Assembly: GCA_001773575.1 (NCBI GenBank) | Contig: MEXB01000012.1 | Coordinates: 1 to 59,122 of the forward strand | DNA from: Candidatus Adlerbacteria bacterium RIFOXYC1_FULL_48_26 | GTDB lineage: Bacteria; Patescibacteriota; Minisyncoccia; Phycocordibacterales; SBAW01 | Length of the DNA: 59,122 bases | Direction: 5' to 3' | Part shown: positions 30,804 to 38,811 of the stretch, in pieces | Numbering within the stretch: position 1 is the stretch's first letter | Layout of the letters: each line of letters starts with the position of its first letter | The notes under the pieces: model-generated | The model's database searches: none | What the model was told of the DNA's origin: nothing | The model's input: the letters and a program-made list of their open reading frames with translations, nothing else | Program-made: the position numbers and the translations under genes

Positions 30804-32642
30804 TTAAATTTCCACTTGCTTACCTGGCCCATCATCAACGCCCTCAGCTGCTTCAGGCTCTTTTTCTGGCGCCACCGGCTGCGCCTCATCATCAAGATCA
30901 AAGGTGCCGCCAAGCATGTTCACTTCTTCAAACGGAATAATGCCGTTTGCTGATTTAATGATAGCATCTTCTTTTATTGTTATCATTCCGTTTTTGCGAA
31001 CTATTTTGAGCAAATCATCTTCAGGTTTGTTTTCGAGGATGGCTTTCTCAAGCTCTGGGTTCATATCAAACATTTCCATCACTGCAACACGACCCTTTGT
31101 GCCAGTTGGGCACTCAGGAGTTGGGTCAATGCGGTAAAACTCAGTTAGGTCGGGCAAATTTTTCTTATACTCCGGCGCAAGGTCGTTAAATTCGTCTTTC
31201 AGCATCTGCTGCATACTCACATCCGCTTTTACTTTTCTACCGGTGCCCTTGCAGAGAGTTTTTGTCAGGCGCTGTGCCATACCAAGAATAAGCACGGGTG
31301 GGATAAGGTATGGCTCGACACCCATGTCGAGTAAGCGCGGAATAATACCGATCGCGTTGTTGGTGTGGATTGTGGATAGCACCAAGTGGCCTGTAAGCGC
31401 TGCTTGCACAGCGAGGTTTGCGGTTTCGGCATCTCGAATTTCTCCCACCATGATGATATTTGGGTCTTGGCGGAGAGTAGTGCGTAGCCCGTTAGCAAAT
31501 GTGTACCCAATTTCCGGACGCACCTGGCTTTGCGACACGCCGGGAATTGTATATTCCACAGGGTCTTCAAGAGACAGCACGTTTTGATGGTCGCGGTCTA
31601 CTTCGTTCAAAATAGAATAGAGTGTTGTTGATTTACCCGAACCAGTAGGACCTGAGATAAGAATCATTCCGTATGGCTTTTTAATTGCTGCACGAACAAG
31701 CTCTAGGTTTCTATCTGACAACCTAAGACTATCCAAACGCAATTCTTGTGCTGCCGAACCCAAAATACGCATCACCACCTTCTCGCCATAATAGGTTGGG
31801 AATGTTGAGACACGGAAGTCTGTCTTCTGGTTTTCAATACGAGCAGAGAAACGGCCGTCTTGTGGTTTACGCTTTTCGTCGAGGCGCATATTTGAAAGCA
31901 CCTTAATACGCGCAACAACGGCAGGATGGACTTTGGAAGGAAGCGTGAGGTTTGTTTGGAGGACGCCGTCGATACGGAAGCGAACGCGTGTTTGCTCTGC
32001 AAGCGCCTCCACGTGGATATCGGACGCGCGCTGCTCTACTGCATGTTCCAAAATAGTCGCTACAATTTTAGTAACAGGAGCTCCCTCACTTATAGATTCT
32101 GCAGTGTCGGTAATTTCATTTTCATCTATAGCAATAGCTCGGCTATTTTTACTTGAAGTCTCCGTCTCTCTTTCTGACTCTATATCAATATCCGAAAGTG
32201 CCTTTCCTACCTCCCCTGACAGTCCTTTGTACTGCGCAAGGACTGCCTCAAAATCTACATTGCTGATAAGAAACAGTTTATACGGCATACCGAGTTTTGC
32301 TGAAATAAACGTCAGCGCATCTCGAGCCTCCAAATTGTCTGGGTCTGTCACGCCAATCTCAAGCGCGCCATCTGTGATCGAAAGTGGAACTATGCGGTAG
32401 TGTCGCGCTGACTCTTCAGGAATATAACTCAGTACTTTAAAAGGCACTGTTTTCTCTGCCATTTCTTTAGACGGAACACCGTAGTAGTCCCCTTTTACTT
32501 TCAGAATATTCGCAATGGGAACACCCGCAGCAATAAGCACTTTTTCTTCATCGTTTCCAGCTTTTCCAATCTCAGCACGCAGCTGAGGTACAAGAGCCGA
32601 ATCAATTGACCCATTTTGTTGGAGGAGTTCGAGCAGGTCCAT
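30804..32642 (-). CDS. pilB: type IV pilus assembly ATPase PilB (GspE family)
   Basis: Start at the ATG at 32642 (MDLLELLQQNG...). Walker A GPTGSGKST, GEIRDAETA and LSTIHTNNA. I rejected the track's 51-aa N-terminal extension. Confidence 0.9.
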   Translation of the reverse strand: MDLLELLQQNGSIDSALVPQLRAEIGKAGNDEEKVLIAAGVPIANILKVKGDYYGVPSKEMAEKTVPFKVLSYIPEESARHYRIVPLSITDGALEIGVTDPDNLEARDALTFISAKLGMPYKLFLISNVDFEAVLAQYKGLSGEVGKALSDIDIESERETETSSKNSRAIAIDENEITDTAESISEGAPVTKIVATILEHAVEQRASDIHVEALAEQTRVRFRIDGVLQTNLTLPSKVHPAVVARIKVLSNMRLDEKRKPQDGRFSARIENQKTDFRVSTFPTYYGEKVVMRILGSAAQELRLDSLRLSDRNLELVRAAIKKPYGMILISGPTGSGKSTTLYSILNEVDRDHQNVLSLEDPVEYTIPGVSQSQVRPEIGYTFANGLRTTLRQDPNIIMVGEIRDAETANLAVQAALTGHLVLSTIHTNNAIGIIPRLLDMGVEPYLIPPVLILGMAQRLTKTLCKGTGRKVKADVSMQQMLKDEFNDLAPEYKKNLPDLTEFYRIDPTPECPTGTKGRVAVMEMFDMNPELEKAILENKPEDDLLKIVRKNGMITIKEDAIIKSANGIIPFEEVNMLGGTFDLDDEAQPVAPEKEPEAAEGVDDGPGKQVEI

Positions 32643-32652
32643 GGCTCTTATG

Positions 32653-32955
32653 TTAATTAGCAGTCCCGGTTGGTAGGAATGGGTTGCGACGACCAGCTGG
32701 CTGAGGCGGAATAATGACGCCGAAATCAGTGAGTGATACGAATACCGGATCAGTAAAAATTTCTCCGTCGAGACGTATAGTGTTGAGTCCTGCAAGTGTA
32801 ATCAAGAGAGCTTGTCCCATTTGGCTACCTTCTGAATTTGTGTTCGTTACGGCCGATGATGGGTTTGACCAAGAATAAAATAGGAAGGCCAAAATTATAA
32901 AGGCTGCGAGTATTATCACTCCCATCAATGTTTTATTTTGCGTAAGAGAATTCAT
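32653..32955 (-). CDS. small pilus-cluster membrane protein (PilP-position, unassigned)
   Basis: 100 aa with one N-terminal TM helix. Sits between the pilO-like gene and pilB. Confidence 0.55.
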   Translation of the reverse strand: MNSLTQNKTLMGVIILAAFIILAFLFYSWSNPSSAVTNTNSEGSQMGQALLITLAGLNTIRLDGEIFTDPVFVSLTDFGVIIPPQPAGRRNPFLPTGTAN

Positions 32956-32960
32956 AGTTG

Positions 32961-33506
32961 TTAGTGGAGCCAGTAGGTCTTAATGCTATATGAGTAGGTA
33001 TTAAGGTCACCGCCAGTCGAGAACCCTATGCGAGTTACATCAAGAATGCGCAAGCTGTGTTCAAGATCCTCCTGAAATGCGAGGAAGTCATCGTAGGTAG
33101 CGTTTATTGAAAAACCCATTTCAACAGTGCCAATTGATGAACCAGATGGCCCAGTTGCAAGCGAACTTCCTGTGCCACTACCCTGCGTACTACCGAGCTG
33201 TACTTGTGAGATCGAAGCTCTGTGTCGAGACGCAATATTATTGATATCAATGATAAGGCGAATATTGTCGAGATTGTCCGGCAAGGTGTGAGACAACTTA
33301 TCTACATCTTGATCTGAAAATGACGCTCTGCGTGAAAGGAGTTGGTCGCGAACGGCGCGCAGCTCTTGGGCCTTATCAAGGGCTTGATCATATGCCGCCT
33401 GCTCCACTGCCAACTGTTTTATGCTCTGAAAGCTTGGATTAGTGTACATAACAAATAACCCCAATGCGGCGGCGAGCAAAATAATTGGAAGGATAATACG
33501 TGTCAT
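32961..33506 (-). CDS. pilO: PilO-like pilus assembly protein
   Basis: 181 aa. N-terminal TM helix, coiled coil (QAAYDQALDKAQELRAVRDQL), then a ferredoxin-like C-terminus. The operon position also fits. Confidence 0.65.
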   Translation of the reverse strand: MTRIILPIILLAAALGLFVMYTNPSFQSIKQLAVEQAAYDQALDKAQELRAVRDQLLSRRASFSDQDVDKLSHTLPDNLDNIRLIIDINNIASRHRASISQVQLGSTQGSGTGSSLATGPSGSSIGTVEMGFSINATYDDFLAFQEDLEHSLRILDVTRIGFSTGGDLNTYSYSIKTYWLH

Positions 33507-33510
33507 AAAT

Positions 33511-34194
33511 TTATTGAGGGCTTTGCGGTGACGATGTGGCTGTCGTGGTCGTTGAAGGGGTTGGTGTTACCGGAGGCGGCACTATCACGTTAGTGTTGCC
33601 AAGATTTTTAGTGTAGCTAATGAGCGAAGAGGCTATGGTTGCAGTAACACTGAACCTAACATTCTGCACCCCGTCGTTGTTTACACCTGAGAAAACAACA
33701 TCTTTGAGTACTTGGTTTGCAGCATTGAACTGGTCACTCTGCAGCGCAACGCTTGCAAATGTATCTGCAATGCCGGAAAGGGCAATGGCTCCTGTGCCGT
33801 CATTGTTCAGTGTGTACTGGAAGCTTGTGAGCTGCACATTTTGCAATGTTTGCTGGCTCAAAAATGCGAAGATTGCTGACGGAGCAACATGGCTCCCAAG
33901 CAATGTCTTTGCGTTGTTTATACGTGAGTCCAGACGGATAAGCTGGTTTATCTGTTCTGGGTCAAACGCCGCCTCCTCTTTTTGCAAAGATGCCTGTTTA
34001 CTTGAGATTGATCCGTTTAAAAATGTTTGGTACCCAAAGACACCCGCAGCAGCAACGACTGACGCAATAAAAATAAAGAGTGAGATGAAAAAGAGAAAAC
34101 CAAGACTTCCACTCTCATGATACGCCGTAGACGAATCGAGTGGTTTCTTCGGAATAAATGATGTTGGTGTAGGTGATGGGGGCATGGTGTCCAA
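33511..34194 (-). CDS. pilN: PilN-like pilus assembly protein
   Basis: 227 aa. Cytoplasmic N-terminus, one TM helix, then a periplasmic domain. Directly downstream of pilM. Confidence 0.6.
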   Translation of the reverse strand: MDTMPPSPTPTSFIPKKPLDSSTAYHESGSLGFLFFISLFIFIASVVAAAGVFGYQTFLNGSISSKQASLQKEEAAFDPEQINQLIRLDSRINNAKTLLGSHVAPSAIFAFLSQQTLQNVQLTSFQYTLNNDGTGAIALSGIADTFASVALQSDQFNAANQVLKDVVFSGVNNDGVQNVRFSVTATIASSLISYTKNLGNTNVIVPPPVTPTPSTTTTATSSPQSPQ

Positions 34195-34247
34195 ATACTC
34201 TCTGTATTATATAGTGCAATTTATATATCTAAGCGCACTGTCAACAG

Positions 34248-35351
34248 CTACCCATTCCCCTGCAGCTGACGAAGCGCCAAACCGACCGCAACAGAAAATT
34301 CCGGACCCGCCTCTTTCAATATTTCTTCCAAAAATGCAGGGGCCTGGGTTTTTGCAAATGGGTTTGCGAGACGTATTTCTGTCTGGATCTTTTCTTGGGC
34401 ATATGCCTGCAGCCCTTTGAGCGTCGCTCCCCCACCTGTAAACACGATCGCGCTCAGCGGTTGGTTCTTTTGCGCCTCGTACGAAGTTACAGTCCGTGCG
34501 ATTTCTGAAAAAAGAGTCGAGAGAGACAGCTCGAGCGATTGTTTGAGCACTCCGTTGCCTTGAATAACTGCTTCGCCTTGCATGCCGAACTTGCGTTTTC
34601 GTTGTTCAGCATCGGCAACAGTGGTGCTAAGTGCTTGCGCAGCAGCAAGCGTAAGGTCCTGGCTTCCGTGGCTTATGATGTGGCTTTCTCGAATAATGCC
34701 ACGTTCAACAACATAAAATTTTGTCGTCCCTGCCCCCATATCAACAACGGCAATAGGCGCGATGCCGTGATCGAGAGCTGCTCTGACGGCACTGAACACT
34801 TCGATTTCAAAGAATGCGACGTTTACGCCTGCGTCGCTGGCGATAGAGCGGAACTTCGATATGGTGTCGTTGTGTATAGCAACCAAAAGCACTTGGAGTT
34901 TGTCATTTGGGCCCGCATTCTTACCTCCTCCAGAGATAATAAACCAATCAAGTAAAACTTCATTTATAGGTACAGGAATATACTTTCGCGCCTCAAGAGG
35001 CATTACCTGCGCCAGCTGTTTTTCTACTCCAGCAGGGAGCGTAACCACAGAGACAAGGCTTGATGCATATGGAATAGAGATAGCAGCGTTTTTAACGGTG
35101 ACATTTGCTTCACGGATTACATCTTTAAGCGCTTCAGCAATTTTGTCATACGGCAAGCTGGTTGCGCGACCTATTTCTACGCCAGCATAGGGTCCGAGCG
35201 CTATCGCGCCGTACGTTTCCAACACAACGCGCCCCTTTTCGAGGCGGAGCTGAACGACTTTTATTGATGAAGTGCCGATATCAATACCGAGTGCACTTTT
35301 TTGTTCCTGCGAGAAGAGCGAGGAAAGTGAGGATGAAATAGAAAAGGCCAT
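34248..35351 (-). CDS. pilM: type IV pilus assembly protein PilM (actin-like ATPase fold)
   Basis: 367 aa. GIDIGTSSIKVV phosphate-1 motif and VVDMGAGTTKF. Confidence 0.88.
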   Translation of the reverse strand: MAFSISSSLSSLFSQEQKSALGIDIGTSSIKVVQLRLEKGRVVLETYGAIALGPYAGVEIGRATSLPYDKIAEALKDVIREANVTVKNAAISIPYASSLVSVVTLPAGVEKQLAQVMPLEARKYIPVPINEVLLDWFIISGGGKNAGPNDKLQVLLVAIHNDTISKFRSIASDAGVNVAFFEIEVFSAVRAALDHGIAPIAVVDMGAGTTKFYVVERGIIRESHIISHGSQDLTLAAAQALSTTVADAEQRKRKFGMQGEAVIQGNGVLKQSLELSLSTLFSEIARTVTSYEAQKNQPLSAIVFTGGGATLKGLQAYAQEKIQTEIRLANPFAKTQAPAFLEEILKEAGPEFSVAVGLALRQLQGNG

Positions 35352-35391
35352 AATATCAAGCGTTGAACATCATCAGTATATCATTTCTATA

Positions 35392-36012
35392 ATGAACATC
35401 TCCGACATACTGACACGTTTACTCGACAGCATCGCTCCGCCACGAGCGACAGATGAAGTAGTACGAGCGCTTACACTGCAAGAGCTACGTAAGCTGACTC
35501 TACGAGGAGATAAGAGCGGTTCGCTCCCCTACCATGATGAACGCGTCACAGCGCTTGTATGGGAATTAAAATATTTTACACACAAACGTGCGGCAAAGCT
35601 TGCAGGTGCCATACTTGCCGATGTTTTGGTAGGAATTGCCGCAGAAAGTTTAGGTACACCTCTTCTTATACCTATACCGATGCACGCTGCGCGCCGTCGC
35701 GAACGTGGGCACAACCAGACAGAAGTGTTATGCGGAGCCGCATTAGTGCATGCAAAAGACTTTTTTGAATATAAACCGCGTATACTTGCTCGAGTAAAAG
35801 CCACCCCCCAACAACAAGGGCTACATAAAAGTGAGCGAGAGCAGAATCTCACAAAGGCCATGAAGGTTTTGGACGAAAAGGAAGTAAAAGGGCGTGTCTG
35901 CGTTGTAGTGGATGATGTCTCAACAACAGGCGCAACCTTCGCAGAAGCAACTCGCGCCCTACGCGAGGCAGGAGCCCGGGAAATTATCTGCGTTGCACTG
36001 GCGTACTCGTAA
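35392..36012 (+). CDS. comFC: ComF-family phosphoribosyltransferase-like protein
   Basis: Start at the ATG at 35392. PRTase motif VCVVVDDVSTTGATF. I rejected the track extension that is antisense to pilM. Confidence 0.8.
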   Translation: MNISDILTRLLDSIAPPRATDEVVRALTLQELRKLTLRGDKSGSLPYHDERVTALVWELKYFTHKRAAKLAGAILADVLVGIAAESLGTPLLIPIPMHAARRRERGHNQTEVLCGAALVHAKDFFEYKPRILARVKATPQQQGLHKSEREQNLTKAMKVLDEKEVKGRVCVVVDDVSTTGATFAEATRALREAGAREIICVALAYS

Positions 36013-36019
36013 AAACTTA

Positions 36020-36109
36020 TGGCGGAGAGAGCGAGATTCGAACTCGCGGACCCAATTAAGGGTCGACAGTTTAGTAAACTGTTGATTTAAACCACTCATC
36101 CATCTCTCC
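36020..36109 (-). tRNA. tRNA-Ser(ACT), unusual A34 anticodon
   Basis: Class II tRNA: GGAGAGA-TG-GAT..ATC-A-ACAGT-TTACTAA-ACTGT. Long variable arm GACCC-TTAAT-GGGTC, T-arm GCGAG-TTCGAAT-CTCGC, acceptor TCTCTCC, discriminator G, encoded CCA. Confidence 0.8.
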
Positions 36110-36150
36110 ATAGTTGCCATTATAGACACTTCCTCGTAGCTACAACATTC

Positions 36151-36186
36151 AATCCGCTACCTTAAGAAGATAGCGGATTTTTCTTT
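36151..36186 (+). terminator. terminator-like hairpin
   Basis: aatccgcta / tagcggatt stem followed by tttttcttt. Lies between tRNA-Ser(ACT) and the tRNA fragment. Confidence 0.5.
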
Positions 36187-36188
36187 GG

Positions 36189-36212
36189 GCGGAGAGGGAG
36201 GGATTCGAACCC
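36189..36212 (-). repeat. 24-nt exact copy of the 3' end of tRNA-Ser(GCT) (att-like direct repeat)
   Basis: gcggagagggagggattcgaaccc is identical to 42193-42216. It covers the base after the discriminator, the discriminator, the acceptor 3' strand, the T-stem 3' strand, the T-loop and part of the T-stem 5' strand. Confidence 0.85.
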
Positions 36213-36296
36213 ATACACCTCTTATTTTTACTAAGTTAATAAAACGCAGATATAGCAATAATAAACCAAAATTAAAGGAAGAATAAGAAAAAGATA

Positions 36297-36399
36297 GAAA
36301 CACCAACCCTACTCATTAACAACCAGATATAACCAACGTTTATCACTTTTTGGGCAACCCGTGGGCAACCGCGGCATTATCAGCACAGAGCAGTACAGG
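36297..36399. repeat. fused repeat segments A' (36297-36370) and B (36371-36399)
   Basis: A' matches 42049-42122 at 67/74 by hand alignment (51/54 in the core 36317-36370). B matches 41533-41562 at 29/30 with a 1-nt indel. Same orientation but opposite order compared with the right-hand copies. Confidence 0.8.
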
Positions 36400-36466
36400 C
36401 AGAAGCGAATAAGCAATACACCGGACTACCGACAAAACGGTAGTCTTTGTGTTGCATGAGCTGTTA

Positions 36467-36856
36467 CTATCCTTTGAAATTAATTTGGAAGGAATACATA
36501 CCCATACCGCAGACACCTTGTAGCGTTGCTACCTGCGGACTGCCCAAATCAACGTCAGTAGAACCAGAAGGCGGCAATGATTTACTAATACCCATGCTTG
36601 GAATGCGAACCGACGTTGAACAGTCATACGAGCCGTTGGTGTTGAAACGCAGAATGGTTGGCATACCTGCTTTCGCGGTGCTTACTTTGGGGTGATAGCC
36701 GCCTTTTACATCTACTTCAACAATTTGTTTGCCATCCACGATACTCACGTTATTTGCGGGGGTATCAGTAGCAACTTGCAACGGGTTTTTGGAGGTGAAA
36801 TAGATGGCACCGCCGATAAGTAGTGCGACACCCAAGATTGCCCAAGAAGTTTTCAT
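36467..36856 (-). CDS. cupredoxin-like copper-binding protein
   Basis: 129 aa. Signal-anchor. DCSTSV...GVCGMGMYSFQI resembles the C...CGMGM motif of cupredoxin-domain proteins found in copper operons. Confidence 0.65.
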   Translation of the reverse strand: MKTSWAILGVALLIGGAIYFTSKNPLQVATDTPANNVSIVDGKQIVEVDVKGGYHPKVSTAKAGMPTILRFNTNGSYDCSTSVRIPSMGISKSLPPSGSTDVDLGSPQVATLQGVCGMGMYSFQINFKG

Positions 36857-36870
36857 ACAGTGATTATATG

Positions 36871-37884
36871 TTAGAGACTAAATAGTGGCTGAATGATTCC
36901 CAATCCTGCGAGACCTGCGAGGAACGCAAAGACTCCGAGCCCTATTACAACGATACCTGCTGACTTGAAGAATAGCGGTGCATGCTTTGAGTGAGCAAAC
37001 GATACCGATCCAAAGGAAAGAAGCGCGAGCATCGGTAGCGTACCGAGCGCAAACGATAGCATGATTAGGAGTCCCGATATGAATGACCCGCTTGAAAGCG
37101 CGGCAACCTGCATCGCTTGAGTGAAGCCGCACGGCAGGAAGAACGTGCCTATACCAATGAGAATTGGTGCAAAAGTCGAATGTTCTATTTTCCTAAAGTA
37201 CGCGAATATGCCGGTTGGCAGAGAGACTTTATTTTTCTTGATGACCCCTACGAGATTCAGACCGAGCAATATCATTACGCTCGACGCAATGAGGCCAAGA
37301 ATCGCTGAAAAAGTAAAGCTTATGCCGATTGCTTGTCCAACGAGACCGAGCATCCCACCGAAGATTGCGAAGCCAAACAATCTACCGCCATGAAATAGAA
37401 TGAACTGCTTTCTGCTGGTTTTAGTGCTTTCGTCCTGCACGACTTTCGCAGAGAGCGAAAGGATCAGTCCGCCCACTATCGCAAGACAACTTGAAACAGA
37501 TGCGATGAGCCCAATGATAAAGCCCGTCGCAGGAGTGGTAGTGCCACCGATACCGAGATTTAGAAGGCCTGACTTTTGGAAAATGAAAAACAGGATCAGA
37601 AACGCAAGACCTATGGGAATCGCTTTCCAAATAACACCATCGGATTGTTTTTTGGCCATTCGTTTCTCGGTTGAGAGAGTATAGCCATTCTTTCTGACTT
37701 TCTCCGTTAATTCCTCGGCCATTACTTCAGGGGTCTGATCGCTATCAGTCTCAATCGTAACCGTTTCTTTCTTTAGATCGACTACCGATTTCTTGATGAA
37801 ATCCTGTTCACTCAAAATGTCCTCGATGAGGATTTTGCATGAGGCGCAGTGTGTACCGGAGACATGAAATGTAAGTGTTTTCAT
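36871..37884 (-). CDS. HMA-domain fused to a DsbD_2/TauE-like polytopic membrane protein
   Basis: 337 aa. N-terminal heavy-metal-associated domain with GTHCASC. At least 6 TM helices, including the FLPCGFTQ motif. Confidence 0.7.
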   Translation of the reverse strand: MKTLTFHVSGTHCASCKILIEDILSEQDFIKKSVVDLKKETVTIETDSDQTPEVMAEELTEKVRKNGYTLSTEKRMAKKQSDGVIWKAIPIGLAFLILFFIFQKSGLLNLGIGGTTTPATGFIIGLIASVSSCLAIVGGLILSLSAKVVQDESTKTSRKQFILFHGGRLFGFAIFGGMLGLVGQAIGISFTFSAILGLIASSVMILLGLNLVGVIKKNKVSLPTGIFAYFRKIEHSTFAPILIGIGTFFLPCGFTQAMQVAALSSGSFISGLLIMLSFALGTLPMLALLSFGSVSFAHSKHAPLFFKSAGIVVIGLGVFAFLAGLAGLGIIQPLFSL

Positions 37885-37900
37885 AAACCGCAGGGTCGAG

Positions 37901-38122
37901 TTAGATTATCTCACCGCGCTTTTCGAGCATCATGTGATGAATTGTTGCGATCTGAAGCCATGTTGCGATGAGGATGAGTATCCCTGCGCAGAGTAGAGCG
38001 TCTATTTTAGTAACACCAAATACCGAGTTGTCAGCTCCCCCGAAGACTGCAACTAGAAACGAAACCACTCCTATAAGACCAGCTACGACACTACCGACAT
38101 GCATTACTTTTGATAGTTTCAT
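37901..38122 (-). CDS. small two-TM membrane protein
   Basis: 73 aa with two hydrophobic helices. Located inside the copper operon. Confidence 0.5.
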   Translation of the reverse strand: MKLSKVMHVGSVVAGLIGVVSFLVAVFGGADNSVFGVTKIDALLCAGILILIATWLQIATIHHMMLEKRGEII

Positions 38123-38152
38123 ATATTTTATGTTTAGTTATTTTTAATACGT

Positions 38153-38794
38153 TTACTTGTACCACTGCACATACCAAGCCTGCATTTGCTGTATCTCTTT
38201 TGATTGTGAGGAAATAATATTTTTTGCAAGCTGCTGCATTTCAGGACGATTGGTCCCTGACTGAAGCATGTTTGCCATCATGATTGCCAACTGGTGATGT
38301 GGAATCATTTCTTCGATAAAGGCCTTGTCAAAATCAGACGCGTTTTCTAGTGCAGTCATATCTTCCTGCCCACTAAAGTGCATTCCACTTGAGGACATCG
38401 TGCCGCCACCCATCATGCCCGTACTTACCTTCGGCACACTAGTTCCAAACCAGTCTTGATACCAGCCATTCATGCTTTGAATCTCCTTTGTCTGAGCGGC
38501 GATGATTGCTGTGGCCAGAGTCTTGATCTCCGGATGCTTGGCTTTTTGGAGTGCAAGATTTGCCATAGCAATTGCACCTTCGTGGTGAGGAATCATTTGC
38601 TCGATGAAGTGCTTGTCGATTGTACCGGCTAGTTGAGTATTGCCATTTACTCTTTGATCTGTAATGGGACCATTTCCCCAGTTCATCATTCCGAAACCTC
38701 CATACCGCATCATCGGAGTGAAAACTAAGACCAAGAGAATACCGATAATAATTCCGCCGATTCCGTATACTATTTTGTTGTTTTGATTATTCAT
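38153..38794 (-). CDS. DUF305-domain protein
   Basis: 213 aa. Duplicated F...MIPHH..AI.MA motif (MIPHHEGAIAMA and MIPHHQLAIMMA). Confidence 0.8.
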   Translation of the reverse strand: MNNQNNKIVYGIGGIIIGILLVLVFTPMMRYGGFGMMNWGNGPITDQRVNGNTQLAGTIDKHFIEQMIPHHEGAIAMANLALQKAKHPEIKTLATAIIAAQTKEIQSMNGWYQDWFGTSVPKVSTGMMGGGTMSSSGMHFSGQEDMTALENASDFDKAFIEEMIPHHQLAIMMANMLQSGTNRPEMQQLAKNIISSQSKEIQQMQAWYVQWYK

Positions 38795-38811
38795 ATGGTT
38801 AAAGTATTAAC

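Noticed and set aside
32643-32795. Long-ORF 5' extensions of pilB. The same issue affects 25862-25954, 7327-7629, 52926-53003, 35272-35391, 46266-46331 and 4829-4921.
   Set aside because: The extensions overlap neighbouring genes or give implausible N-termini. Internal ATGs give canonical N-termini such as MDLLELL, MSNRGFTLIE and MKKTDTAK.
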